A stretch of 64,000 nucleotides of DNA from Octopus vulgaris (Eukaryota). This document shows, piece after piece, positions 53,541 through 64,000 of this stretch. The DNA is taken from positions 31,124,001-31,188,000 of the forward strand of contig OX597842.1 of NCBI GenBank assembly GCA_951406725.2. The letters run 5' to 3'. A program made the translations under genes and the position numbers. The notes beneath the pieces are model-generated. The model had not been told where the DNA came from. It made no database searches and saw only the letters and a list, made by a program, of their open reading frames with translations. Position 1 is the first letter of the stretch; each line of letters begins with the position of its first letter.

Positions 53541-54483
53541 TGGGCAGAGGTTATTGAAGTAGAGCTGGAAAGAGCAGTGGTAAGGGGCCAAGTTGAGCCC
53601 TTCAAAGTTGAATGGGGTGGACGGCACAGGAAAGGGTTTGAGAAAAACAGGAAAGATGGGTGAACGATTGAAAGTTGCAATGGGGTGGGGGTGAGGAAGG
53701 GCTAGAGACAGGGTGGTGGGTGTAGAAGTGAAGTAGAGGGATGGTCGGAGGCGGATGTCAATAAATGTGGTTTGGGTGGAGAGAGGAGGTGATGACTGGC
53801 AGAGTGCAGAAAGGGTGAAGAGCTGTGACATACATATAAATATATATGTTTATTTATTAGTGCATGAATGCAATAGAATTTTAATTATTAATCAATCAAT
53901 ATATAGATCTGTGTGGATTCAGTCACCTGTACTTACTAACACCACCACTGCTGCTGCTGCTGCTGCTCTGGCTTTCACTCATCACCACTACCCCTCTCCA
54001 CCACCACCACACCTTTGTTTCATTCCAGTTTTTTTTCACAGCCTTGCATCATTACTGTCATCGTCATCATCATCATCATCATCCTACAAAAACTATCTCT
54101 GCTGGTATGGGTTAGCTGGGTCATCCTGGTCTGAGCTAGTTTCTGCCCTCCTCAAGAGGACCACTTATCATTCATGTGTTTAATTCTAGCCATAGTTTCT
54201 ACAACTGGATACCCTTCTAACATCAAACCCTTTACAGAGTGTACTGGATGCTATTCTCTCCCTGGCACTCCCAAGGAGTGACCTTGGCTTTAGCAAGACC
54301 AAGGAGTCCTCTCACACTTTGCATTGTCTATGTGCTGCTTTATTGTGGAACAAATGCTAGAGAAGTTGACTTTACCTTTCACCCTTTCAGAGTTAATTAA
54401 ATAAGTACCTGTCACGTACTGGGGTCAATGTAATCTACTTAATCCCCTCTCCAAAAATTTGAGGCTTTGTGCTTCCAATAGAA

Positions 54484-54840
54484 AGGAAGTTTTATGAAAG
54501 GTGGGTGAATTGTGCGAGAATGGCCAGTATAAATGGACCAGTTCTCAGGTTTCGCCTGTGATTCAAAAAGGTAATATAAAAGGAGAAAAGGGGCCCTCTA
54601 CCCCCCTTTTTTGACTAGGATCCCGTTGGCTTTTATGGGTTTTTTCCACCAGGAACTTTTCGTAACGCCTCCCCCTTTTGGGAGTTTTTCATTGTTAAAT
54701 TATTGATTGCTATACAGTTTTTACTCTTTTTTTTTTTTTTCACAAACGGACAAAACCCTTTGTAACCTTTCGTCCTGTTTTGTCCCTTCATGTTTCAAAT
54801 CATGCGTGTCAGCCCTTGTGGCCAATAAAAAGAATAAATT
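54484..54840 (+). mobile_element. Probable L1/Tx1-type LINE 3' end
   Basis: RKFYERWVNCARMASINGPVLRFRL* followed by a T-rich 3' UTR ending gcccttgtggccaataaaaagaa and (ATT)n. Confidence 0.45.
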
Positions 54841-55119
54841 ATTATTATTATTAAAGTGACAAGATGGTAGAATTGTTAGCATGTTGGGCAAAATGCTTAG
54901 TGGTATTTCACATGTCGCTACATTCTGAGTTCAAATTCTGCCACGGTCAGCTTTGCCTTTCATCTTGGGAGGGGAAAGGGTTAATCAACACATCTCCCAC
55001 CTCCCATAAGCTGCCCGGGTGGCAAAAATTTAAAATAATAATAATAATCATTAATTATTATGAAATATTCTTTTCTCCTCTAGGCACAAGGCCCAAAATT
55101 TTTTTTGTGGGGGAGGGGA

Positions 55120-55616
55120 TCCAGTCGATTAGATCAACCCCAGTATGCAGCTGGTACTTAATTTATCGACCCCCGAAAGGATGAAAGGCAAAGTCGACCT
55201 GGGCGGAATTTGAACTCAGAATGTAACGGCAGACGAAATACCTATTTCTTTACTACCCACAAGGGGCTAAACACAGAGGGGACAGACAAACGGATTAAGG
55301 TGATTACATCGACTCCAGTGCGCAACTGGTACTTAATCTATTGACTCCGAACGGATGAAAGGCAAAGTTGACCTCGGCGGAATTTGAACTCAGAACGTAA
55401 AGACGGACGAAATACCTAATTCTTTATTACCCACAAGGGGCTAAACACAAAGAGGACAAACGGATTAAGTCGATTACATCGACCCCAGTACTTAATTTAT
55501 CGACCCCCGAAAGGATGAAAGGCAAAGTCGACCTGGGCGGAATTTGAACTCAGAACGTAACGGCAGACGAAATACCGTTGAACACTTCACCTGGGTGTTC
55601 TAACGTTCCTTCCAGC
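55120..55616 (-). mobile_element. SINE B, trimeric
   Basis: Three tandem body units. Confidence 0.8.
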
Positions 55617-55750
55617 TTAAACCCCCTAAAATCTATCAGGAAATATTCCAAGACTAAACTCTTGATTCCCCACATTTTCATCCTTTCACTCAGATTCACA
55701 TTTTCTGTCACAGTTTAGCTTCTAACTGACACCCTGGTTCTACTGATCCC

Positions 55751-55791
<41 letters not shown>

Positions 55792-56149
55792 AGTCTATGT
55801 GTGTGTATATAAATATATATATATATACCCACACACATCTCCAGTTACAAATCACTCCTGGTTTTCATTCCTCCCCCCTTCACTTTATTTAACATCAGTT
55901 TCCTCTTTGTGTGTGTATGTGTGTTGCCTGCCTCTGTGTGTGTGTGTGTGTTTTACTCTGTTCCCTCCTTCCTTCTCCACCCCCCTTTACGGCCCACTCT
56001 CTCTCTCTCTTTTCTCCACCTCACACCACCACCACCACCACCCATTCCTCCCTCCTCCTCCTCCATCAGTCTGGAGTATGAGTTTTCAATGTTATCTCTG
56101 TGACCTAGAAACAAACTTGTCTGTCTGAAAGGGGGGGGGAGGGGACTCT

Positions 56150-56180
<31 letters not shown>

Positions 56181-56529
56181 CGCGCGTGCATGTGCGTGTG
56201 TGTAGAAGGCGACCAGTATGAGTGTGTGTGTTTGAGAGGAAGAAACTGTGTATGGAATGAGACTGTGTGTGTGTGAGAGAGAGAGAGAGACTGGTACATC
56301 TGTGTGTGTGTGTTAGTTTCTCTTCTAAGTCTCTTGGGTGAGGAGCTTGTGTGTGTAAAGTTGATTGTGTGCGTACGTGTCTACACCAGTTCCTGTACTA
56401 AGTCTGTGTGTGTGTGTGCACACAGTTCAGCTGGTGACTAGTGCAAACTAATGTATGTGTGTGTGTAGGGGTTCTTTGCATATACATAACTTCACACATT
56501 GCAGTGTGTGTGTGTGTGTGTGTCTGTAT

Positions 56530-56927
56530 ACTCTTTTACTTGTTTCAGTCATTTGACTGCGGCCATGCTGGAGCACCGCCTTTAGTCAAGCAAATCGACC
56601 CCGGGACTTATTCCTTGTAAGCCCAGTACTTATTCTGTCGGTCTCTTTTGCCGAACCGCTAAGTGACGGGGACGTAAACACACCAGCATCGGTTGTCAAG
56701 CAATGCTAGAGAGACAAACACAGACACACAAACACATACATATATATATATATATACGTATATACGACGGGCTTCTTTCAGTTTCCGTCTACCAAATCCA
56801 CTCACAAGGCATTGGTCGGCTCGGGGCTATAGCAGAAGACACTTGCCCAAGGTGCCACGCAGTGGGACTGAACCAGGAACCATGTGGTTGGTTAGCAAGC
56901 TACTTACCATACAGCCACTCCTGTGCC
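56530..56927 (-). mobile_element. SINE A, full length
   Basis: Reverse-complement match to the consensus. Confidence 0.88.
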
Positions 56928-57084
56928 TGTATGTGTGTACTTTGTTTAAATGCGTGTGTCTATATCTATGTGCGTTTGTATTTGTGTGTGTGTGTGCTTT
57001 TCTACTCTAGGCGCAAGAACCAAAATTTCTGAGGATAGGACCAATCGATTAGATTCACCCCAGTGTGTAACTGGTACTTAATTT

Positions 57085-57908
57085 AAGGCGGCGAGCTGGC
57101 AGAGACGTTAACAGGCCGGGCGAAATGCTTAGCGGTATTTCGTCTGCTGTTACGTTCTGAGTTCAAATTCCGCCGAGGTCGACTTTGCCTTTCATCCTTT
57201 CAGGGTCGATTAAATGAGTACCAGTTACGCACTGGGGTCGATATAATTGACTTAATCCGTTTGTCTGTCCTTTCTGTGTTAACCCCTTGTGGGTAGTAAA
57301 GAAATAGGTATTTCGTCTGCCGCTACGCTCTGAGTTCAAATTCCATCGAGGTCGACTTTGCCTTTCTATTTTTTTGGGGTCGATTAAATAAGTACCAGTT
57401 ATGCACTGGGGTCGATATAATCGACTCAATCCGTTTGTCTGTCCTTGTTTGTCCACTCTGTGTTTAGCTCCTTGTGGGTAGTAAAGAAATAGGTACTTAA
57501 TTTATTGACTCCAAAAGAATGAAAGGTGAAGTCAAACTTGGCGGAATTTGAACTCAGAACGTAAAGACAGACAATAACACCACTAAGCAGCATTTCACCC
57601 AGTGTGCTAACGTTTCTGCCACCTTGCTGCCTTGTGTGTGTGTTGTCTACCTTGTGTGTCTATATGTATGCGTTTTAAGGCAGCGAGCTGGTAGAGACGT
57701 TAGCAGGCCGGGCGAAATGCTTAGCAGTATTTCGTCTGTCGTTACGTTCTGAGTTCAAATTCCGCTGAGGTCGACTTTGCCTTTCATCCTCCTGGGGTCG
57801 ATAAATTACGTACCAGTTACACACTGGGGTCGATGTAATCGACTTAATCCCTTTGTCTGTCCTTGTTTGTCCCTTCTATGTTTAGCCCCTGTGGGCAGTA
57901 AAGAAATA
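57085..57908 (+). mobile_element. SINE B cluster: dimer 57085-57490 nested in an antisense older copy, plus monomer 57677-57908
   Basis: Consensus matches; ggtacttaattta flanks the dimer. Confidence 0.75.
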
Positions 57909-58430
57909 TATATGTATGCGTTTGTATGTATGTGCGTATACATTGCTTATCTGTGTGTGACTATATATATATATATGTATGCTGTATTTGTGTATATGTA
58001 TTAGTATGTATATGTGTGTGTATATGTATGTTGTTTATCTCCTCTGTGTGTGTATGTATGTCTTATGGTTTGTGAGGTTGGTATAGTGTGTGTGTAAAAT
58101 TTGTGATGGTGGGGTGTGTGTTTATATGTGATATTTGATATGTGTGTGTAAGCTTTCAACATATAATTAAAATGATGCCTGTGGTTAAGTGTTGTCTTAT
58201 ATAGGCCTGGGTCAGCTCTAAACAAGAAGGCTTTTTATGATCAAAAGCAATCCAGCTATGACCATCCCATTTTTTCCCACAGCTGGAAGGAGCCAAGACT
58301 ATATTTGTCTAATGAGAGATACAGTGGTGTGGGATTTGAGGGGAATTTGGTTGCTTTTTCAAGCATGTGATGTGACCACATAGAAGCTCCATTTGGTATT
58401 GTGTGAGTGGAGATGTTGTTTAGCTCCAGG

Positions 58431-58675
58431 TCAGTCCTGATGTTCCATCTGTGACCATCCCAACTTTTATTCAAACCCATTCCCTGCCAAGTATTCCATT
58501 ACCAGAATCCATTCCATTAGTTTCAGTTCAGTCCTGATGTTCCATCTGTGACCATCCCAACTTTTATTCAAACCCATTCCCTGCCAAGTATTCCATTACC
58601 AGAATGCTCACCATTAGTTTCAGTTCAGTCCTGATGTTCCATCTGTGACCATCCCAACTTTTATTCAAACCCATC
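58431..58675. repeat. Tandem repeat, ~95-100 bp x2.5
   Basis: tcagtcctgatgttccatctgtgaccatcccaacttttattcaaaccc occurs three times. Confidence 0.9.
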
Positions 58676-59019
58676 CCTTCATGAATAATTGTGTGCCCAG
58701 GGGCCAATCCCCAATCTGTTTGCTTATTGTCTTTATAGACACACAGAGGCATGATTGCCACCCCAGCCCTCTCTGGTGTTCTCATGTCTCTTTCTCCCCC
58801 ACACACACCTCATTCTCTCTCCCCTCCTCTCTGCCAGTCTGGAGCATTTCATAAGGTTTCCATAGCAACCTTCCAAATTGTCTTCATGTCCTGAACTTCA
58901 TTCTGCAAACTTGTCAACCGTGACCAGCCGTGTTTAACAGGCTGTGTCCAAATCGCTGTTACAACCTTCTTCTTCAATCTGGAATAACAAAACGTGGCAG
59001 GTCAGCTTCTTTAATGTAC

Positions 59020-59058
<39 letters not shown>

Positions 59059-59063
59059 GATAT

Positions 59064-59445
59064 GGAAGCACTCCGTCGGTTACGACGACGAGGGTTCCGG
59101 TTGATCCGAATCAACGGAACAGCCTGCTCGTGAAATTAACGTGTAAGTGGCCGAGCACTCCACAGACACGTGTACCCTTAACGTAGTTCTCGGGGATATT
59201 CAGCGTGACACAGAGAGTGACAAGGCCGGCCCTTTGAAATACAGGTACAACAGAAACAGGAAGTAAGAGTGAGAGAAAGTTGTGGTGAAAGAGTACAGCA
59301 GGGATCACCACCATCCCCTGCCGGAGCCTCGTGGAACTTTTTAGGTGTTTTCGCTCAATAAACACTCACAACGCCGAGTCTGGGAATCGAAACTGTGATC
59401 CTATGACCTGAGTCCGCTGCCCTAACCACTGGGCCATTGTGCCTC

Positions 59446-59497
<52 letters not shown>

Positions 59498-59706
59498 GGC
59501 TGGCCCCTTGAAATACAGGTACAACAGAAACAGGAAGTAAGTGTGAGAGAAAGTTGTGGTGAAAGAGTACAGCAGGGATCACCACCATCCCCTGCCGGAG
59601 CCTCGTGGAGCTTTTAGGTGTTTTCGCTCAATAAACACTCACAACGCCCGGTCTGGGAATCGAAACCGCGAGTCCGCTGCCCTAACCACTGGGCCATTGT
59701 GCCTCC
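59064..59706 (-). mobile_element. SINE C full copy (59064-59446) plus tandem partial copy (59497-59706)
   Basis: The whole composite is flanked by taataaagata (59052-59062 and 59709-59719). Confidence 0.85.
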
Positions 59707-59825
59707 ACTAATAAAGATAAACTGAAATTACAATAACATAAGACAGAACAGAAAACTTCATTGCATAGCAAGCCTCGAAATTGTCTTCATTCTGCAAACT
59801 GGGCAACCACGACATGTCCAAAACT

Positions 59826-59930
59826 CCTTCAAAGTAGGATCTCTGACTTTAATACGTTTGTTGTGAGTGCTTCAGCTACTTCGTGAAGGCCCCACGGAAG
59901 TCCTCCAAAGTGAAAGGGTCCAGAACCTTG
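59826..59930 (-). pseudogene. Mariner transposase C-terminal relic
   Basis: Minus strand VLDPFTLEDFRGAFTK*LK..NKRIKVR.SYFEG with frameshifts. Confidence 0.6.
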
Positions 59931-60059
59931 CTCTCTGATGTTTCCAAGGTTCTGCTGTGGCCATCTCCTTCAATCTGGAATAACAAAAGTTGGCTTGTTA
60001 GGTTAAGACAGAACACAAAATTTATTCAGCCGTGACATGCAAAAAAAAAAAAGGAGATA

Positions 60060-60224
60060 GGGGCAGGAGTGGCTGTGTGGTAAGTAGCTTGCTAACCAAC
60101 CACATGGTTCCGGGTTCAGTCCCACTGCGTGGCATCTTGGGCAAGTGTCTTCTACTATAGCCTCGGGCCGACCAATGCCTTGTGAGTGGATTTGGTAGAC
60201 GGAAACTGAAAGAAGCCCGTCGTA

Positions 60225-60290
<66 letters not shown>

Positions 60291-60324
60291 TGTATATATG
60301 TATGTATGTATATATGTATGTATG

Positions 60325-60358
<34 letters not shown>

Positions 60359-60707
60359 TGTATGTATGTGTATATATATGTATGTGTATATATATGTATG
60401 TGTATATGTATGTATATATGTATGTATGTGTATATGTATGTATATATATATATATGTATGTATGTATATATATATGTATATATATATGTGTGTATGTTTG
60501 TGTGTGTGTGTTTGTCCCCCTAGCATTGCTTGACAACCGATGCTGGTGTGTTTACGTCCCCGTCACTTAGCGGTTCGGCAAAAAGAGGCCGATAGAATAA
60601 GTACTGGGCTTACAAAAGAATAAGTCCCAGGGTCGATTTGGTCGACTAAAGGCAGAGCTCCAGCATGGCCGCAGTCAAGTGACTGAAACAAGTAAAAGAG
60701 TAAAGAG
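60060..60707 (+). mobile_element. SINE A with a ~290 bp internal microsatellite
   Basis: Head and tail match the consensus. Confidence 0.88.
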
Positions 60708-61103
60708 TATGTTTAATGGTTTTGCTCTGATTAGCACAAAATTGTATTCCACATAAAAAGCTTGCAAACCTCACAGCCACATTCTGCAAACTCAGCAACC
60801 ATGACAAGCAGTGTTTATAGCAAGATTTACAGCAAATTGCTGTTACAGCCGCCTTCTTCAATCTGGAACCGCAAAAGTTGGCAGGTCAGCTTTATTAAAT
60901 GTACGATTATGAAATTCCAATAATTTAGGACGGTTAGAATGCAAAACTCCATTCTGTGGTGAGCTTCCAAATTCTCTTCACATCCGGATTTCATTCTACA
61001 AACCAGTCAACTGTAACAAACTGTGTTTTGTAGGATGGGTTCAAAGTGCTGTAATAGCTGTCTCCTTTAACCCTTTCGTTACCAACCCGGCTGAAACCGG
61101 CTC

Positions 61104-61204
61104 TATAGCAGAAGACACTTGCCCAAGATGCCACGCGCTGGGACTGAACCCAGAACCATGTGGTTGGTAGGCAAGCTACTTACCACACAGCCACTCCTGT
61201 GCCT
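61104..61204 (-). mobile_element. SINE A head fragment, ~155 bp upstream of the exon 2 acceptor
   Basis: Reverse complement of the head. Confidence 0.8.
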
Positions 61205-61360
61205 ATAATTATTATAATTATTATTTTTATTTTTAAGCTGTATCTGCATTTATAGTTTGTTTTTGGTGTTGTTTGTTTTAATTTTTGCTTTTAAATGATT
61301 TCTTTTTGTCCTTCATCAGCCAAAATATCTAATTCTTCCTCTTTTTTCCATTCTTTCCAG

Positions 61361-63673
61361 GTAATGGAGGCCGGCAAGACGACCCTACCCAGGTGGTTGT
61401 ATTTCGACGTCGAGACCCGTACCTTCTCTGGAGTCCCGAAACCAGCAGACATCGCCCAGTATTACATCGAGGTTGTGGCGCAGGCTGAGGACCAAGGGGC
61501 TGTTAGTCAGTTCGCCAAAGACGTCTTCTCGATTCATGTGACCAAAGAAAGCTCAAAACCCGCCACAGCGGCAGTATCGGCAGCAATCAGTAGTTCATCG
61601 TCAAAGAAGAACGGCAAGGGTTCAAATTCTCCACCAGTCGTCCGATGCATGCCCCAGGAGCCAGAGACAGCATTTACGCTAATCGTTGATGCCGACCTTG
61701 ATCAACTTCCTCCCCACGGCATTGTGGGACTGTTAAAGAAACTGGAGCACAATCTGGAGCTTGTGTCTGAGATGTTTAAGGTCGGTCCTGCCACCACTGG
61801 CAACAGGCCCATCCCTCCTGTCCGTGCAGTCGCCCCAGACACATCGTCCTCATCCACCCTTGTATCAGGGCCCGGTGACACGAAAACCGCAAAACACCCC
61901 GGGGTGCTTGTCACGTGGCTGGTTGGTTGTGGCCGAGTGGAGCCGCAGCACATGAACGTTCTACAGAGGGTGGAATCAATTTCGGCAAATGGCACCTTGT
62001 CCGAGCTCCTCGGTCATGGAGTCGTTGGGTGGCATGTGACAAACAGACAAGTACCCCTGCCTGAGAAGAGGGTAAGGCGTGCAGCCATCATGGCCACCCC
62101 AGCTGTCACTGACATTGCACCGACAGTCATGGCAACAAGGACCCGTGGTCACGAGGGAGATGGAGGCATGACCCACCGTGTGCCCACCATGGAGTCGTCC
62201 CTCATACAACCGACGCGCACCCACCCGCATTCGCACAAGACCCACCACCGACATACAGACGGAATGACCACTCTGCACCCGTCGACCATGGGCCCGAAAG
62301 GCGGAAGCACCCTGAAGACGAAATCTCTGCCGGATGGAACGTTCACAATGACCGGAGGGGACGTTAGTATGACTGGAGTCGTGCCCCCAATCATTCCAAC
62401 GAAACCCTCGACGGGGATGGCCACCAGCATGCCCGAATATTGCAGTCACGCAAGAAAGCTAAAACCACGAATAGCGCACAGGATTCCCGTACAGGAATTC
62501 GAGGCAGGGAAGCGAGCTTACTTCTCCGTGCCGTCTGATACGTTCATTGACTGCAAGGACCCCAGCGACCGCTTGAAGCTGGGATTTTTCCTCGACGATT
62601 ACAAGCAAATCCCTCCCTACTTTTGGCTGCAGCCGGACCCGGCCAACGACAAGAGCATGATAGGGCTACCAATGGAAAGCAACGTGGGCATCCACAACAT
62701 GACGGTGGTGGCGATAAACAGTGATGGGATGACCGACTATTTGGACTTCCTCGTGAAGGTCCTCAAGAACAAGAAGCTCAAAAGCAACGAGGTGACCCAC
62801 AAGATCAAGATGAAGTTCAGCATGGAGTACAAGAAGTTCATGTCCAACATCAACTCGAGGCTGGATCTCATCGACAAGATCGGCAAATTGTACGGAGACG
62901 CAGACGCGAGCAGCGTCACGGTGCTCGAAATAACAGAGGGGTCCGTGGAGGTGTCGTGGACAAACAACACTCTCGTCGGCACAAAATGCCCCGACGATGC
63001 CACCAAGGCCCTTTTTGAACGCCTGGTTGATGACAAAAAGCAGGTGAAACGTTCAGCAAGGAAAGCAATGAAACCTTTCAAGCTGCAGTCGGCCCAAATA
63101 ATCCCGATGGGGGCTTGTGCTGGGGGCTATATCAACCCAATGCCGAGCACCACAATGGCAGCAGCAACCACACCAGAACTCAAGAAACAACAGTCTGACG
63201 ATGAGAATGATATTCTTATTTCGACCGTTGTCCCTGCGGTCATCATTGTGTCTATATTGCTTCTGGCCCTGCTCGTCGCTTGCATCCTTTACCGAAAGAA
63301 ACGGAAAGGAAAGATGTCGCTCTCGTCTGCCAGCGAACACGACGCGTACAGCGGGAAGGGTGCCCCGGTGATCTTCGCCGAAGAGCTCGAGGACAAACCG
63401 ACCGACTGCCAAAGGCCCCTGATCCTGGACGACGAAAAGCCACCACATCCCCCTCCTGAGTACCAGCACTCGTCCAGCGAGAGCACCCAGTCGACCCCGA
63501 ACCAGGACCGAAGAAGAGGCGGGCATCGCAGCGATGGGGGAGTAAACGAACCCATACTCGGCTCGCAGCCGTATGAGCCACCACCTCCCGTCACCGCGTC
63601 GCAGGGCAAGAAGCAGCCGCGTCCCCACGTGCAACCCCCCTACAGATCACCTCCTCCATATGTGCCTCCATAA
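61361..63673 (+). CDS. DAG1: Dystroglycan coding exon 2 (770 aa): rest of the alpha-DG N-terminal domain, furin site, mucin-like region, second Ig-like domain, SEA cleavage site, TM helix, cytoplasmic tail
   Basis: Acceptor ttctttccag| at 61360, in frame with exon 1. VMEAGKTTLPRWL matches human VSAAGKEALPSWL. Also RVRR (62069-62080), ITEG|SVEVSWTNNTL (62939-62944), TM 63212-63289, YRKKRKGK, KGAPVIFAEELED, PPPEY and terminal PPYRSPPPYVPP (dystrophin WW-binding PPxY). Total 898 aa from ATG 41273. Confidence 0.97.
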   Translation, partial: VMEAGKTTLPRWLYFDVETRTFSGVPKPADIAQYYIEVVAQAEDQGAVSQFAKDVFSIHVTKESSKPATAAVSAAISSSSSKKNGKGSNSPPVVRCMPQEPETAFTLIVDADLDQLPPHGIVGLLKKLEHNLELVSEMFKVGPATTGNRPIPPVRAVAPDTSSSSTLVSGPGDTKTAKHPGVLVTWLVGCGRVEPQHMNVLQRVESISANGTLSELLGHGVVGWHVTNRQVPLPEKRVRRAAIMATPAVTDIAPTVMATRTRGHEGDGGMTHRVPTMESSLIQPTRTHPHSHKTHHRHTDGMTTLHPSTMGPKGGSTLKTKSLPDGTFTMTGGDVSMTGVVPPIIPTKPSTGMATSMPEYCSHARKLKPRIAHRIPVQEFEAGKRAYFSVPSDTFIDCKDPSDRLKLGFFLDDYKQIPPYFWLQPDPANDKSMIGLPMESNVGIHNMTVVAINSDGMTDYLDFLVKVLKNKKLKSNEVTHKIKMKFSMEYKKFMSNINSRLDLIDKIGKLYGDADASSVTVLEITEGSVEVSWTNNTLVGTKCPDDATKALFERLVDDKKQVKRSARKAMKPFKLQSAQIIPMGACAGGYINPMPSTTMAAATTPELKKQQSDDENDILISTVVPAVIIVSILLLALLVACILYRKKRKGKMSLSSASEHDAYSGKGAPVIFAEELEDKPTDCQRPLILDDEKPPHPPPEYQHSSSESTQSTPNQDRRRGGHRSDGGVNEPILGSQPYEPPPPVTASQGKKQPRPHVQPPYRSPPPYVPP

Positions 63674-64000
63674 GATCATTGCTGAAGTGTAATTATATAT
63701 ATAACTGTATGTATATATATATGTATGTATGTATACTTATACATATATAACGTATGCGTGTGTGTGTATATATTATATACACTTGTGTTCTATTCAGTAT
63801 ATATTTATTTATATACATGATATATATATATATATATATATATCACAAATATATATTATATGTATATATATACACACACACACATATACATATGTATATA
63901 TGTATATACATACATATATCACACATTTGTAATATGCGTGTGTATACACGCATATTTACACACTAAACACGCATACATTATATATATATATATATATATA
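63674..64000 (+). other. DAG1: Start of the dystroglycan 3' UTR, (TA)/(CA)-rich; polyA signal not in window
   Basis: Follows the TAA stop at 63671-63673. Confidence 0.7.

Noticed and set aside
61702-63634. Antisense and alternate-frame ORFs over exon 2
   Set aside because: Shadow ORFs of a GC-rich coding exon.

Overview
Animal genomic DNA, AT-rich and very dense in microsatellites and SINEs. The repeat families point to an octopus or related coleoid cephalopod (inference, no database check). One protein-coding gene is well supported: dystroglycan (DAG1/Dg) on the + strand. It has two coding exons (about 40727 or 41273 to 41656, and 61361 to 63673) joined across a 19.7 kb phase-0 intron at the same K|V position as the human DAG1 coding intron. 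The first ~40 kb are probably upstream or 5'-intronic sequence, with a candidate promoter near 5.5-7.5 kb. The rest is tRNA-derived SINEs (three head families, A, B and C), RTE and L1/Tx1-type LINE 3' ends, hAT and piggyBac MITEs, a non-autonomous Helitron, mariner and hAT transposase relics, minisatellites and microsatellites. Almost all short ORFs in the track are microsatellite or SINE artefacts. Most notable observations: many long fold-back elements in the likely pre-mRNA (candidate ADAR substrates), a recent inverted duplication inside the coding intron, a GC-rich multibranch RNA candidate and a box C/D-like motif in that intron, Penelope-type hammerhead-like motifs, multimeric SINEs with a constant junction, and a 182-codon in-frame extension ahead of the signal peptide. 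All structures were read by eye; none was computed.
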